This document shows, in pieces, positions 19,401 through 30,200 of a stretch of DNA of 64,000 nt. A model generated the notes under the pieces. That model made no database searches, was not told the DNA's origin, and saw only the letters and a list, made by a program, of their open reading frames with translations. Made by a program: the position numbers and the translations under genes. The stretch is from a virus. Lineage: Duplodnaviria; Caudoviricetes. The DNA is taken from IMG/VR virus record IMGVR_UViG_3300027608_000010. One strand, 5' to 3'. How positions within the stretch are numbered: the first letter of the stretch is position 1; the number at the start of each line of letters is the position of its first letter.

Positions 19401-21627
19401 TTCCTTTAGCTATAATACCTTTGGTGCTGGCACCAACAGCGGTTGGGAAAATCCAACATTCTACAGTAAAATCACCTGTACCAAATTGCAAGTTTACATT
19501 ATTTGGTATAGTTAAATAATCTCCAGTACCATCAAAATATGCTGAACCCAAAGTAGTTAAGGTGTTTGTGCCTGTCGTCATTGTGAACGGGCTCACTGCT
19601 ATTGGCTGTACTCCTCCCACAACCGTAATAGCCGATGTATATGATGAGTTATCAATAAATGTTGCGGCTGCACAAGTAAGTAAACTTGTATTTGAACCGG
19701 TAATGGCAGCAATATTTGTACCAGATGCTTGCGTAGATTCTAACGGACTTGTTGGTGTAGTGAAAGTATCAGTATAAACACCAAGTCCTTTTACTATGCG
19801 AAGATTAGAAATATATCCTGTAACATAGGTTGATCCGGCGCTGTCTTTACCAATTGTTAGTAATTGTGACGGATAATTTATAGTATCTGCGTAAGTGCTA
19901 CCACTTTGAACACCATTAATGTATAATTTAGATGATCCAGATATACGTACTAATGCAAGGTGTTGCCAAGTATATAGTACCATTGCCGATCCAGTAATTC
20001 TACTGCTACCGCCGCCGCTGGTCGAGTAATAACTAATAGCAGTTCCATTATAATATAATAATAATCTATTACTACCATTATCAAAATCTACCCAATCTTG
20101 TCTTGCGTTAACAGTTGGGTATACCCATAATTCTATTGTAAAATCACCTGTACCAAAAGTTAATGCCGTGCTACCTGGTGTTGTTAAATACCCAGACGCA
20201 AGAAATTTTGTGCTATATAGTGTATTGTATAGTGCAGTAGTTGGTGTTGCGAATGGTGTCAATGGGTTAACTGTAACATCGCCGGTTTTAGTGATTGTGA
20301 ATGCGTTAGTAGATTCATCAACTAAATTATTTGATTGACAAGTTAATAAACTTGTATTTGCTATTACAGTTAGTGGTGTTGTGCTTGGTGTAAATGTAGT
20401 AGTGTATAATGCAGTACCGTTAAGTATTCTCATATTACTGATGTACCCGGTAAAATTTTCATTGACCCCTGAAGCACCTATTCTCATTGCACCAGATGAA
20501 TAATATGTACCTGAACGTGTTGCGGTCGTAGCATCTAATACACCATTTACAAACATACGTATTGTATTACTATTTCTAGTCAATGCAATATGTTGCCATT
20601 GATTAACTACAATAGTTGTTGAAGTTGCTGTTATAGCAGTACTTAAATTTTCCAAATACATTCTACCTGAACTGTTCATTTTCCAAATGAATACGTTGTC
20701 TGGCGCGCCCCATTGTCCCAAGAATGTATGATATCCTGTAATTGCTGTTGGATATACCCAACATTCAAATGTCCAATCACCAGTAAAATTCCAGGCAGCG
20801 TTAGCCGGTGCAGTTAAATAATCTCCAGTACCATCGAAAAAGTTACTGTAATATCCTTTACTATATGGTGTAAACTTAGTAGGTTTTGTGTCACCTTGAA
20901 TTACCAATGGAAGACTGTTTGTACTTGCATCACTGATGAATGGAGTTACAGTTGTTTCTCCGTTCAGTAATAATGTTGTATACTTAAAGTAAGGATCACC
21001 AAATTGAAAAGTCAATGTAATTGATTGCTGAGTACTTTGTAACTGTGCATCATCTACAATAACAGTAAAATAGAACACACTATCAGTTGTAACACTAGTT
21101 GCAGTCCCGGTTAACACTCCAGTAGAAGTTAATGTAATTCCTGTTGGTAATGTACTACCATTTTGCAATGAATAGGTTAATGGTGTATCACCGGCAGCTA
21201 ATAATTGAATATTAATTGTAGTGACACTAGTATTGTAACTAGAGGTTGACCAAGTTGGGAATCCAGAATAAACAATACCAGGAGTTAATAACGCGGCTGC
21301 ACCTTGAGGAGTGATTATGTAAATAACATATGTACCATTACTTAGCGCAGGCATAATAAATCCAATTCTAGTTGGATCTAAGTAAGTTGTGGCTACTGAA
21401 CTGTTATTGATATAAACTGTCATACCAGTTACAAAGTTATTTCCATATATTACAACTGTTGAGCCGGAAGTAGCCGCAGTATCATCAATAGCAATATAAT
21501 TGCCGTCGGTTACTGCATAACCATTAATTTTAATAACTGGGAAAATTGCCTGAATTGATTGATTTTGTACCGAAATTGCGCCAGTACCATCAGTTGCACG
21601 TTTACCCCTGAAGCCGCTGTTTAACAT
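16435..21627 (-). CDS. Adhesin with IPT/Ig neck and seven LamG modules
   Basis: Paralog of 11479-16077 with the same linkers (SLLTCQS, TKAGD) and one more lectin module. Confidence 0.85.
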   Translation of the reverse strand: MLNSGFRGKRATDGTGAISVQNQSIQAIFPVIKINGYAVTDGNYIAIDDTAATSGSTVVIYGNNFVTGMTVYINNSSVATTYLDPTRIGFIMPALSNGTYVIYIITPQGAAALLTPGIVYSGFPTWSTSSYNTSVTTINIQLLAAGDTPLTYSLQNGSTLPTGITLTSTGVLTGTATSVTTDSVFYFTVIVDDAQLQSTQQSITLTFQFGDPYFKYTTLLLNGETTVTPFISDASTNSLPLVIQGDTKPTKFTPYSKGYYSNFFDGTGDYLTAPANAAWNFTGDWTFECWVYPTAITGYHTFLGQWGAPDNVFIWKMNSSGRMYLENLSTAITATSTTIVVNQWQHIALTRNSNTIRMFVNGVLDATTATRSGTYYSSGAMRIGASGVNENFTGYISNMRILNGTALYTTTFTPSTTPLTVIANTSLLTCQSNNLVDESTNAFTITKTGDVTVNPLTPFATPTTALYNTLYSTKFLASGYLTTPGSTALTFGTGDFTIELWVYPTVNARQDWVDFDNGSNRLLLYYNGTAISYYSTSGGGSSRITGSAMVLYTWQHLALVRISGSSKLYINGVQSGSTYADTINYPSQLLTIGKDSAGSTYVTGYISNLRIVKGLGVYTDTFTTPTSPLESTQASGTNIAAITGSNTSLLTCAAATFIDNSSYTSAITVVGGVQPIAVSPFTMTTGTNTLTTLGSAYFDGTGDYLTIPNNVNLQFGTGDFTVECWIFPTAVGASTKGIIAKGTNTTGWELRIGGGTGDLEFSYTSTAVTNATVVTLNSWHHVALTRSGTSVKAFLDGVVVGTATTATDFSQVDDLKIGDSRPGSQDFSGYISNVRILKGTALYTSNFLSPQIPPTAVTNTQLLTLQYNGGATSTGIIDNSPFNTLLTKAGNTKQGSFSPYSVTGWSNYFDGTGDSLSITNNTALDLSTSTPNWTIEAWFYATVLGVQQIIVQKDGVSGTRQSQYVLMINVSNQIQLTLSPAAGAGGNQNFISVVTVATNTWYHVMAVRSGGNITVFLNGVIIVGPTALTITMGNNTGDLTIGFMTGAVNYFTGYISNLRILKGTALYTAAFTSPTSPLTPITNTSLLTCQSNRLIDNSPNNFAITKAGDVSVQAYSPFGSISEATPISYSNFFDGTGDYFTLPSNQIQFTMGTGDFTFECWIYITSLAATRTIYDTLNSADATGTGRFAIQVTTGGVIQVFTLAGTILTSGGTLVISTWYHIAYVKISNSGKLYLNGTQVNTTYTDNNNYVVGTTSRPVIGINGFDLSSNPMLGFITNLRVVKGTGVYTATFTPSTTPLTAITNTSLLTCQSTTMIDNSTNAFTITAAGNTVPRIFNSFGYTTQLTANYSPTTHGGSAFFDGTTDYLTTPASASNAMPGDFTVECWAYPTSIPASAGLVGINNTASSGLANFGIYLETSRNITFWVAGNATSYSSTNTPITIGAWNHIAFVRSGSTNTVYVNGISVLTNSATPNISGTPVITVGRLFGDNVGATFYGYMSDVRVTKRAVYTTPFLPPTQTVTNYSATYPSSLLLNFNTSGIVDAHGSHVLETSGNAQLSTEVKKYGSASMYFDGTGDYLTIPTNPGFVFGTGDFTIEAWFYIVSGAVGAIFDTRSGSTGITPLLYFSSSTLRYYMNGADRITSGTTLSAATWYHVALVRNSGSSKMYLNGVQTGSTYADTNNFTLTNTINIGRGNDGNNVLNGYIDELRITKGFARYTANFTVPSNMVTQ

Positions 21628-21986
21628 TAGCTAATGACCTCATAACTACATGTTGCTTCAAATCTACTAGTTGCATTTGCAGTCAATCTAAGAGTATCAC
21701 CTTCTTCTAAGTAATATATAGTAGATTTGTCAATTGGTGTGAATGAACTACCAATTGGAACACTGATGTTGCTAGATATTCTATATGCTGTACTTGACCT
21801 AAATACATCTACAGTAATTAAGCCTATGTTACCTGCATCTATATTTGAAATTGTCAAAATATTTATTTTGTATACTTGTCCACTTGCGGCACTATTTGTT
21901 ACTATTGCTGTTGCACTAGTTCCAACTGCTTGTACTGCTAGTTTACCAGTGATTGTTGATACGTTTACTATGTTAGGTGCTGCCAT
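21627..21986 (-). CDS. 119-aa virion adaptor-like protein (MAAPNIVNV family)
   Basis: Start reassigned to ATG 21986, with SD GGAGGA supplied by the last codons of the upstream gene. TAATG coupling to the 1730-aa gene. Confidence 0.75.
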   Translation of the reverse strand: MAAPNIVNVSTITGKLAVQAVGTSATAIVTNSAASGQVYKINILTISNIDAGNIGLITVDVFRSSTAYRISSNISVPIGSSFTPIDKSTIYYLEEGDTLRLTANATSRFEATCSYEVIS

Positions 21987-21987
21987 G

Positions 21988-22728
21988 TTATCCTCCAAAT
22001 ACCATAGACATTGCTATGGATTTTCCTAATGTTGTCATTGCTGATCCGTTTGCTGTAATGTTTGTTGCATTCAGTGTGTTAGTACTTGTGTTAAATGTTA
22101 GATTAGCAGATCCAGCTAGCGCACCACCAGAATTAATTTGAATTTGAGTATTTGATCCTGCCGCTGTAGCAGTATTAATAGCTGGGCCAAATGTAATTAC
22201 TTCAATAGGAGTAGTGTTTGGTGGTGCTGTTGTGAATGTTAATGTTGTCCCACTAACACTATAATTAACTTTTTCTTGTGTAATGCCGCCAATTGTTACT
22301 AATGTAAAGTTTTTGTTTGTTGGTGTTGTGCTTAGTGTATATGCTACAGTTGAGCCGTTGCCTGTAAAACTATCAAATGTTAACCCAGTTAATACTCCAA
22401 CTGCTGCCGAATTCCATGATTTGACTTCAATAACTGAACCTACATCAGGTATACCAGTAAATGTTACTATGTTTGTTGATAATGTATAAGCACTTTTTAA
22501 CTGACTTACACCGTCAATATTAATGCTGATAAAGTCTGCACTGCTTGGGGTGACACTTAAAGTAAATGCTACTGTACTACCATTACCAGTAAAAGTATCA
22601 ACATATACACTTAGTGTTGGTAGTGTAGATGGGTTTCGTGTCCAAGAACCGTATGTACTGTTGTAGGTATACGTGATACCATTTTGTACCGCTACTTGAC
22701 CGTTTGTTGGACTACTTGGAAATGCCAT
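21988..22728 (-). CDS. Short fibre/structural protein
   Basis: MAFPSSPTNGQ start, two FTGNGSTVAF/YTL..P repeats, C-terminal KSIAMSMVFGG. Confidence 0.75.
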   Translation of the reverse strand: MAFPSSPTNGQVAVQNGITYTYNSTYGSWTRNPSTLPTLSVYVDTFTGNGSTVAFTLSVTPSSADFISINIDGVSQLKSAYTLSTNIVTFTGIPDVGSVIEVKSWNSAAVGVLTGLTFDSFTGNGSTVAYTLSTTPTNKNFTLVTIGGITQEKVNYSVSGTTLTFTTAPPNTTPIEVITFGPAINTATAAGSNTQIQINSGGALAGSANLTFNTSTNTLNATNITANGSAMTTLGKSIAMSMVFGG

Positions 22729-22745
22729 TATATTACCTTATTCTG

Positions 22746-22752
22746 TATTTAG
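22746..22752 (-). promoter_or_regulatory. T4-late-like promoter
   Basis: CTAAATA overlapping the stop of the 308-aa gene, upstream of 22728. Confidence 0.4.
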
Positions 22753-23675
22753 TTAAATTGTATACTACCTGAATTTGTAAAGGTATATATCCTATACCCG
22801 GCAACTGCTAGAGAATACGATACTGTGCCTGTAGTAGTAGCCGGTGGATAATCTGTTGAATATCTGATAACTGCAATACCTGAACCACCGTTACCTGCAT
22901 TAGTGCCGGCGGTGTTTTTCATACCGCCACCGCCACCGCCAGAATTTACTCCGCCATTCCCACCGACTGTATTTGTTCCATTCTGGCCGCCGTTTGAACC
23001 TCCTGTGCCTCCAGCTGTTGAACTTCCTCCTCCACCACCACCTGCACCACCGTTGCCCGCTGTCCCAGCGTTCACGCTGCCGCCACCGCCACCCCCGCAA
23101 TAATATGTTGCAGTGCCTGTTATGGAATTTTGTAATCCAATACCACCTGAACCTGCCACTGTGGCGCTTGCACTATTTCCACCAACAGCACCTGCGCCGC
23201 CGCCGCCGGCACCCGCCGAAGCAATGCCTGATATAGCATCACCTCCAGCATTTCCTTGACCTGTGATTGGTTCCCCGCCCAAGTGGTCTGTTACGGAGCT
23301 ACTAACTCCACCGCCACCTGAGGCGCCACTTCCTGGCCTGTTTGGATCTGTGTAACCTCCAATGCCCCATCCACCGCCATATGCATACAAAGAAAAACCA
23401 GTTGATGTGATTGAAGTGTCACCACCTCGTCCTCCATTTGAAGAACTCGCACTGAAGACTCCTGCGGCGCCAGCACCACCGTTACCAACGATTATTGTAT
23501 AGGTTACATTTTTTTTAAAAATAAATGTGCTCTGATAATTATAACCACCAGCACCACCTCCTGCTGATCCACCTCCTCCACCTCCTCCAACCAATAACAT
23601 ATCTACCGTTACAGATTCACTACTTGAATTACTAGTAGTGGATAATTTGCTACTAGATGCTTTTTTAATAGCCAT
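22749..23675 (-). CDS. Glycine-rich adhesin-like protein
   Basis: LLVGGGGGGG..GGxGG repeats with C-terminal GGSGIAVIRY..GYRIYTFTNSGSI; paralog of the three genes at 34351-37869. Confidence 0.8.
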   Translation of the reverse strand: MAIKKASSSKLSTTSNSSSESVTVDMLLVGGGGGGGSAGGGAGGYNYQSTFIFKKNVTYTIIVGNGGAGAAGVFSASSSNGGRGGDTSITSTGFSLYAYGGGWGIGGYTDPNRPGSGASGGGGVSSSVTDHLGGEPITGQGNAGGDAISGIASAGAGGGGAGAVGGNSASATVAGSGGIGLQNSITGTATYYCGGGGGGSVNAGTAGNGGAGGGGGGSSTAGGTGGSNGGQNGTNTVGGNGGVNSGGGGGGMKNTAGTNAGNGGSGIAVIRYSTDYPPATTTGTVSYSLAVAGYRIYTFTNSGSIQFN

Positions 23676-23676
23676 A

Positions 23677-24006
23677 TTATGTTAACTCTGTTCCAAATAA
23701 GATAAAGCTAACAGTAGCAGAACTTGCATACACTGTAATTACATCAGTTGTTGCTAATGACATACCGATGTTCAGTGAGACTGTATCATTTGCCGGTAAA
23801 ATAGTATCATATGAAAGATAATGACTTGTTGTCAATGTTGCACCTGCAGGACGAATAGCAATTCTAAATGTTCCTGCAGTTGCGGCTTGATTGCATACGT
23901 TCAGACTAGAAACAACTGCGCTTGTGCCTGCCGGAACAGTGTACAATGTAGTTGCTGTTGTTGCTGCCGGGTTATTGTGTCCTAAAACTTTATATATTAT
24001 TGCCAT
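23677..24006 (-). CDS. 109-aa virion adaptor-like protein (YKVLG family, copy 2)
   Basis: Paralog of 16077-16406. Confidence 0.8.
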   Translation of the reverse strand: MAIIYKVLGHNNPAATTATTLYTVPAGTSAVVSSLNVCNQAATAGTFRIAIRPAGATLTTSHYLSYDTILPANDTVSLNIGMSLATTDVITVYASSATVSFILFGTELT

Positions 24007-24015
24007 GAATTGTCC

Positions 24016-24219
24016 TTATTTTGTAAATATGAATGGGTGAATGGTGTCAGTAATGGTAGTAGTAAAACTTAAATTACCCGCGCCATCAGTTGCGATAGTC
24101 TGTCCTGATGAGCCACCAGTAATGTGAACATTTGATATAGCACCTAATGTTACATTAGCCGCAGTAATGTTCAAGTTACTTGTTTGGTCTAGCATCAATG
24201 CTGTTACTTTTGTTGTCAT
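24016..24219 (-). CDS. 67-aa mini-fibre
   Basis: One LGAISNVHITGGSSGQTIATDGAGNLSF shaft repeat plus TDTIHPFIF tail; AAGGA RBS. Confidence 0.7.
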   Translation of the reverse strand: MTTKVTALMLDQTSNLNITAANVTLGAISNVHITGGSSGQTIATDGAGNLSFTTTITDTIHPFIFTK

Positions 24220-24228
24220 TTCTTATCC

Positions 24229-27200
24229 TTATGCTCCCATTAACAAGAACGGGCTTAATGTGTCTGTTGTTGCTGTTACTGTTACTGTTACTGCATTACC
24301 AACATTTGATGCGGTTACTCCGGCACCTACGAAATTAATACTTGACACAGCAGTACTTATATTACTACCTTCATCTTTTATTACTATTGCTCCTGCAATA
24401 GCACTATTTGTACTGGTACTAGGTGAACTTATATCAACCCAGTAAGCCGCAGTACCGTCATTCAGATATTCATATAATACATTGCTTGATGTGTTAAACC
24501 ACTGATCACCTAATAAATTACCCGATGCCGGTGGTGATGTAGCTGTAGTATATGTTAAACTTGTACCGCCCACACCGCCTGAAGGTGTTGCCCAACTTAA
24601 ATTTCCTGTACCATCGGTCTTTAAGAAATAATTGGCTGCACCACCGGAAATACGTACACTACTAGTTGAGCCTAAACTTACATTTGCACCAGTGAATGAA
24701 ATATTACCAGTAGCAGTGATTGTACCATTACCAAACACCGTATTAGCTGTTGCGTTTCCTACTGTTAAACTTGTTAAAGTACTAACACTAGTGATGTTTG
24801 GTTGAGCCGCAGTTGTTAGTGTGCCGGTTAAATAGTTACCGCTGATTAAGTTTGCACCGGAAATAACTGAACCAGTACCACTAAGTACAATATCTGCATT
24901 TGTAGTGAGAGTAATATTATTGGGTATTAAATTACCAGTATATGTTGGAAGATATGCGGCTACATTGGTATTACTATAAGTTCCAGAAGACACATTTAAT
25001 AGTCCACTACCGTCACCTACAAAGTAATTTGCTCTTACTACGTTGCCCAAATTAGCAGTAGAAGTCGTTGTATAAGATAAGTTTATATTACCTGCAGTAA
25101 AGTTTCCGGTGTATGTTGGTAGATATGCGGCGGTGTTTGTATTGCTATAAGTACCCGTAATACCAGTTAATTGACTACCATCACCTATAAAGAAATTTGC
25201 AGTAACTGCATTGCCTAAGTTAGCATTTCCACCTGTGACATTGCCCGTAACTGCTAAACTAGTTAGTGTACCCACTGAAGTAATGTTAGTTTGTGCCGCA
25301 GTATATACTGTCCCGGCTACTAATGCATTAGCTACTTGACCGGATACATTAGCTCCAGCTACTGCATTTGCTGTTGTTGCAAATCCAACTGTTATATTTG
25401 CAACATTGGCATCAGTTACAACAATATTGCCGTTCATACCTCCATGAGCAGAACATTGATATTTATAATTACCTGTTATACCATACGGTATCTTCCAATA
25501 TAGTGTTCCTGCTACTTGTCCTTGGGCTGCTGTAGTAGTTAATATTGTTCCTGCAGTGTCAACATGTTCTAAACCAACACTGTAATTCGCACTACCACTT
25601 GTTTGAATTAAGAACGGATGAGTTGCTACACTCAAATTGAAAGCTAATGTTTGTCCACTTGTAACATATATTGCAGGGTTTACTGTTGCGCCGTATTGAT
25701 CGAACAAATATCCGGCTGACCCACTAGCAGTTACACTTAGTCTTGTTGTACTTTGCAGATATAATTCGTCTGTAGTCAACCCAGCCGTACTAAAAGTTGT
25801 AATATTGCCAAAAGTTAATGCACTTAATGCACTACCGTTACCAGTAAAGAAATTAGCAGATATGTAATTTGCACCAGATAAGTTTCCACCAGAGCCGGCG
25901 GTTGTGATATTCCCTATTACATTCATTCCAGTAGAAGTAAACACTACTGTATTTGCTACACCAGCTATAGTTACAGTAATATTACCATTAGAAACAGGAG
26001 TGTTGATATTACTTGTGCCATTTGCTATGCTGTTTGCGATATCAGCACTGCCAGTTGTCAATAAATCAACACCAGTTAAATACGCGGCGTTACCAACAAA
26101 ATAATTTGCTCTTACTGCATTACCTAAGTTAGCAGTAGAAGTCGTTGTATAAGATAAGTTTATATTACCGGCAGTTAAATTACCAGTATATGTTGGTAGA
26201 TATGAGGCTACATTTGTGTTGCTATAACTACCAGCAATACCTGTCAATTGACTACCATCACCAAAATAGTAACTAGCTTTCATATTACCAGTAGTCGTTA
26301 TATAATTACCGGTATTTGCAAATACAACTGTATTTGCAGTTCCACCTATACTAACAGTAATATTACCATTAGCAACAGGAGTATTAATATTACTAGTGCC
26401 ATTTGCTATGCTATTTGCGATATCGGCATTACCAACAGATAGTTGGTCAACACCAGTTAAATAGTAACCATTACCAAGAAAAAAACTACCTGCATTAGCA
26501 ATGATATTTCCGGTTGTGGTGAGTTTTCCTGGTACGTATGTATCACCTGATGCATCTAATAAGGTAAGTGTTCTTGCTACAGTACCAAAACCAACTGCAC
26601 CTGATACGTTATATTGTCTAAAATAGATAGGTTCATTACCGTTATCGGCTGTTGCAAATTCAACAAATCCACCATCGGTTGCTGTACCACCTACAAGAAT
26701 TCTAAAATAGTCGCTTCCGGCCACATTTGCAGAAACTATTGCGGCATTAGTAGTACCTGAAACTGATAGAAATAAATTACCGGTAAATGTACTAGCAGTT
26801 ATACCCGAAGTAGTAAATATTGCAGTATTAGCAATGCCACCAATACCAACAGTAATATTACCACCTGCTGTAGGCGTGTTGATATTACTAGTTCCATTTG
26901 CTATGCTGTTTGCAATATCTGCATTACCAACTGATAGTTGGTCAACACCAGTTAGATAGTAACCATTTCCCTTTACAAAATTTGTACCAGCTTCAATATT
27001 TCCACCAACAAATAATTTCTTAGCTATACCTACACCACCTAGAACTTGAAATGGTGCAACAGAAGTAGACGTTGCCTCCATTGTGCTGTTAACAACTACA
27101 TATGAATTTGTTGTAAAATATATATCATCTTGGTTTACACCAGGGGTGTCATTTTGTACATTTATTTCTAATCTTGTTTGTTCACCAGTTACTGCATAAT

Positions 27201-30200
27201 ATTTAATACTTGCTACGTCAAGTGAGCCGCCACCAGGATTAGATGGCCATATAATACCATTAGTACCATTACCTGTACTTGGTGAAATATAACCTGCAAC
27301 ATTAATACCTGTGCTAGTAAAGATAACCGTATTTGCTGTACCGCCTATAGTAACAGTAATGTTTCCATTTGATGTAGGCGTGTTGATATTACTGGTGCCA
27401 TTTGCTATGCTATTTGCGATATCCGCATTACCAACAGATAATAAATCAACCCCAGTTAAAAATGCACCATTGCCAACAAAATAATTTGCTCTTACTGCAT
27501 TACCTAAGTTAGCAGTTGAAGTAGTCGTGTAAGATAGATTAATATTGCCGGCAGTTAGATTACCAGTATATGTTGGTAGATATGAGGCTACATTTGTGTT
27601 GCTATAAGTTCCAGTTTGTGGATTTGCTGTTAAATATGCGGCGGTGTTTGTATTACTATAAGTACCTGTAATACCAGTTAATTGACTACCATCACCAAAA
27701 TAGTAACTAGCTTTCATATTACCAGTAGTCGTTATATAATTACCGGTATTTGCAAATACAACTGTATTTGCAGTTCCACCTATACTAACAGTAATATTAC
27801 CATTAGCAACAGGAGTATTAATATTACTAGTGCCATTTGCTATACTGTTTGCAATATCCGCATTACCAACAGATAATAAATCAACCCCAGTTAAAAATGC
27901 ACCATTACCAACAAAATAGTTTGCTCTTACTGCATTACCTAAGTTGGCAGTTGAAGTAGTCGTGTAAGATAGATTAATATTGCCGGCAGTTAAGCTAGTT
28001 AATGTACCAACAGAAGTAATGTTTGGTTGTGCGGCTGTTGTTAATGTACCAATGAAATAATTAGAAGTTATTGCGTTTGCACCGGTAATAGAACCTCCGG
28101 TACCTGTACCAGCAGTGACTGTTCCGCCAATATTAGAATAACCTGCTATATTAATACCAGTACTAGTGAATACAACAGCATTGGCTGCGCCACCAACACC
28201 TACTGTGATTGGACCATCTTGGTACGGTGTGTTGATATTACTTGTGCCATTTGCTATGCTGTTTGCTACGTCAGCAGATCCGGCTGCTAGTTGGTCAACC
28301 CCAGTTAAGTAATACCCATTACCAACAAAGTAATTACCTCTAACATTAGCATAACTATTAAAAGTAACTACTTCACTAGATACGCTTACATTACTACCAA
28401 ATCCAAACTCATTGGTTGAATCGTCCCAACCCATGAAAGCATCAACTGTACTACTTCCAGAATAATAGTGTAATAATAAACCGCGGTCTTTGTTGTCGTC
28501 AGCAGATAATGCTGCACCATTTGCTCCGCCACCTAATTCAAATATCGGATCTATTACCCGTGTTGTGGTAGAATTTACTGTAGTTGTTGTTCCATTGACG
28601 GTCAAGTTGCCTACAATTACATTTCCACCTACATTAAGTGTTCCTGCTACATTAACGCCAGTACTGGTAAAGATAACCGTATTACTTGTACCAGTAATAG
28701 ATACTGTTATTGGTCCATTGCCATATGGTGTACTGATATTACTATTGCCATTAGCAATTGCGTTAGCAATATCCGCATTACCAACAGTTAATAAATCAAC
28801 ACCAGTTAAAAATGCACCATTGCCAACAAAATAATTTGCTCTTACTGCATTACCTAAGTTAGCAGTAGAAGTCGTTGTATAAGATAAGTTTATATTACCT
28901 GCAGTAAAGTTTCCGGTGTATGTTGGTAGATATGCGGCGGTGTTTGTATTGCTATAAGTACCCGTAATACCAGTTAATTGACTACCATCACCAAAATAGT
29001 AACTAGCTTTTACATTACCAGTAGTTACGATATAATTACCTGAGTTAGCAAACACCACAGTATTTGCAGTTCCACCTATACTAACAGTAATATTTCCGTT
29101 AGATACAGGTGTATTAATATTGCTAGTGCCATTTGCTATACTGTTTGCGATATCCGCATTACCAACAGATAATAAATCAACCCCAGTTAAAAATGCACCA
29201 TTGCCAACAAAATAATTTGCAATTATATAATTGGCTCCGGATAAATTACCACCTGAACCAATAGTAGATAAATTACCGACAACAAGATTACCTGTGATGT
29301 TTGCATTACCGGCTGTTAAATTACCTGTATATACCGCTAGATAGGCAGCTGTGTTGGTATTACTATAGGTACCAGTTACTGGATTTGCGGTTAAATACGC
29401 GGCAGTGTTTGTATTACTGTATGCATCTGTGATACCATATCCACTAATAGTAGTTGGTTTACCTGAAACATTTGTAAATGTTACTGAGTTAGCAATGTTT
29501 GCATAATGACTTTGTACTGCACTTGCGACATTACCTGATACATTAGTACCTGTTATACTATTGGCTACATTTGCATAATGACTTTGTACTGCACTAGATA
29601 CATTACCTGTGATGTTTGCACCAGTTATATTTGTTAATGCACTACCATTACCAATGAAGTAGTTTGCTGATATGTTGCCAGTATATGTTGGTAGATATGC
29701 GGCGGTGTTTGTATTGCTATATGCGCCTGTAATAGTGATACCAGTTAATTGACTACCATTACCAATGTAGTAATTAGCAGATACGTTACCAGTTACATCT
29801 AAACTAGTTAATGTACCCACACTAGTGATATTAGTTTGTGCCGCGGTATAAACAGTACCGGCAACTAATGCATTAGCTATTTGACCCATTACATTACCGG
29901 CAGCAACTGCATTTGCAGTGGCAGCATATGTTACTTGTCCTACAACATTTGCACCATCAACACTATATGCAACACTGGCTGCACTGACTGTGCCTACGAT
30001 TGCCCCGCCTGTAATACCAGTAAGATGGTATCCATTGCCACTAAAATAATTACTTACAGTAACATTACCTAAATTAGCGTTACCAGAAGTTACATTACCG
30101 GTAACTGCTAAACTTGTTAAGGTGCCAACTGATGTAATATTTGATTGGGACGCTGTAGTGACAGTACCAGCAGTAGTTGCACTTGTTGCAGTACCAGCAC

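Noticed and set aside
12600-20840. CRISPR-like array from the recurring ~25-bp FDGTGDY motif
   Set aside because: The copies are degenerate, 600-1400 bp apart and encode a protein motif; there is no spacer structure.
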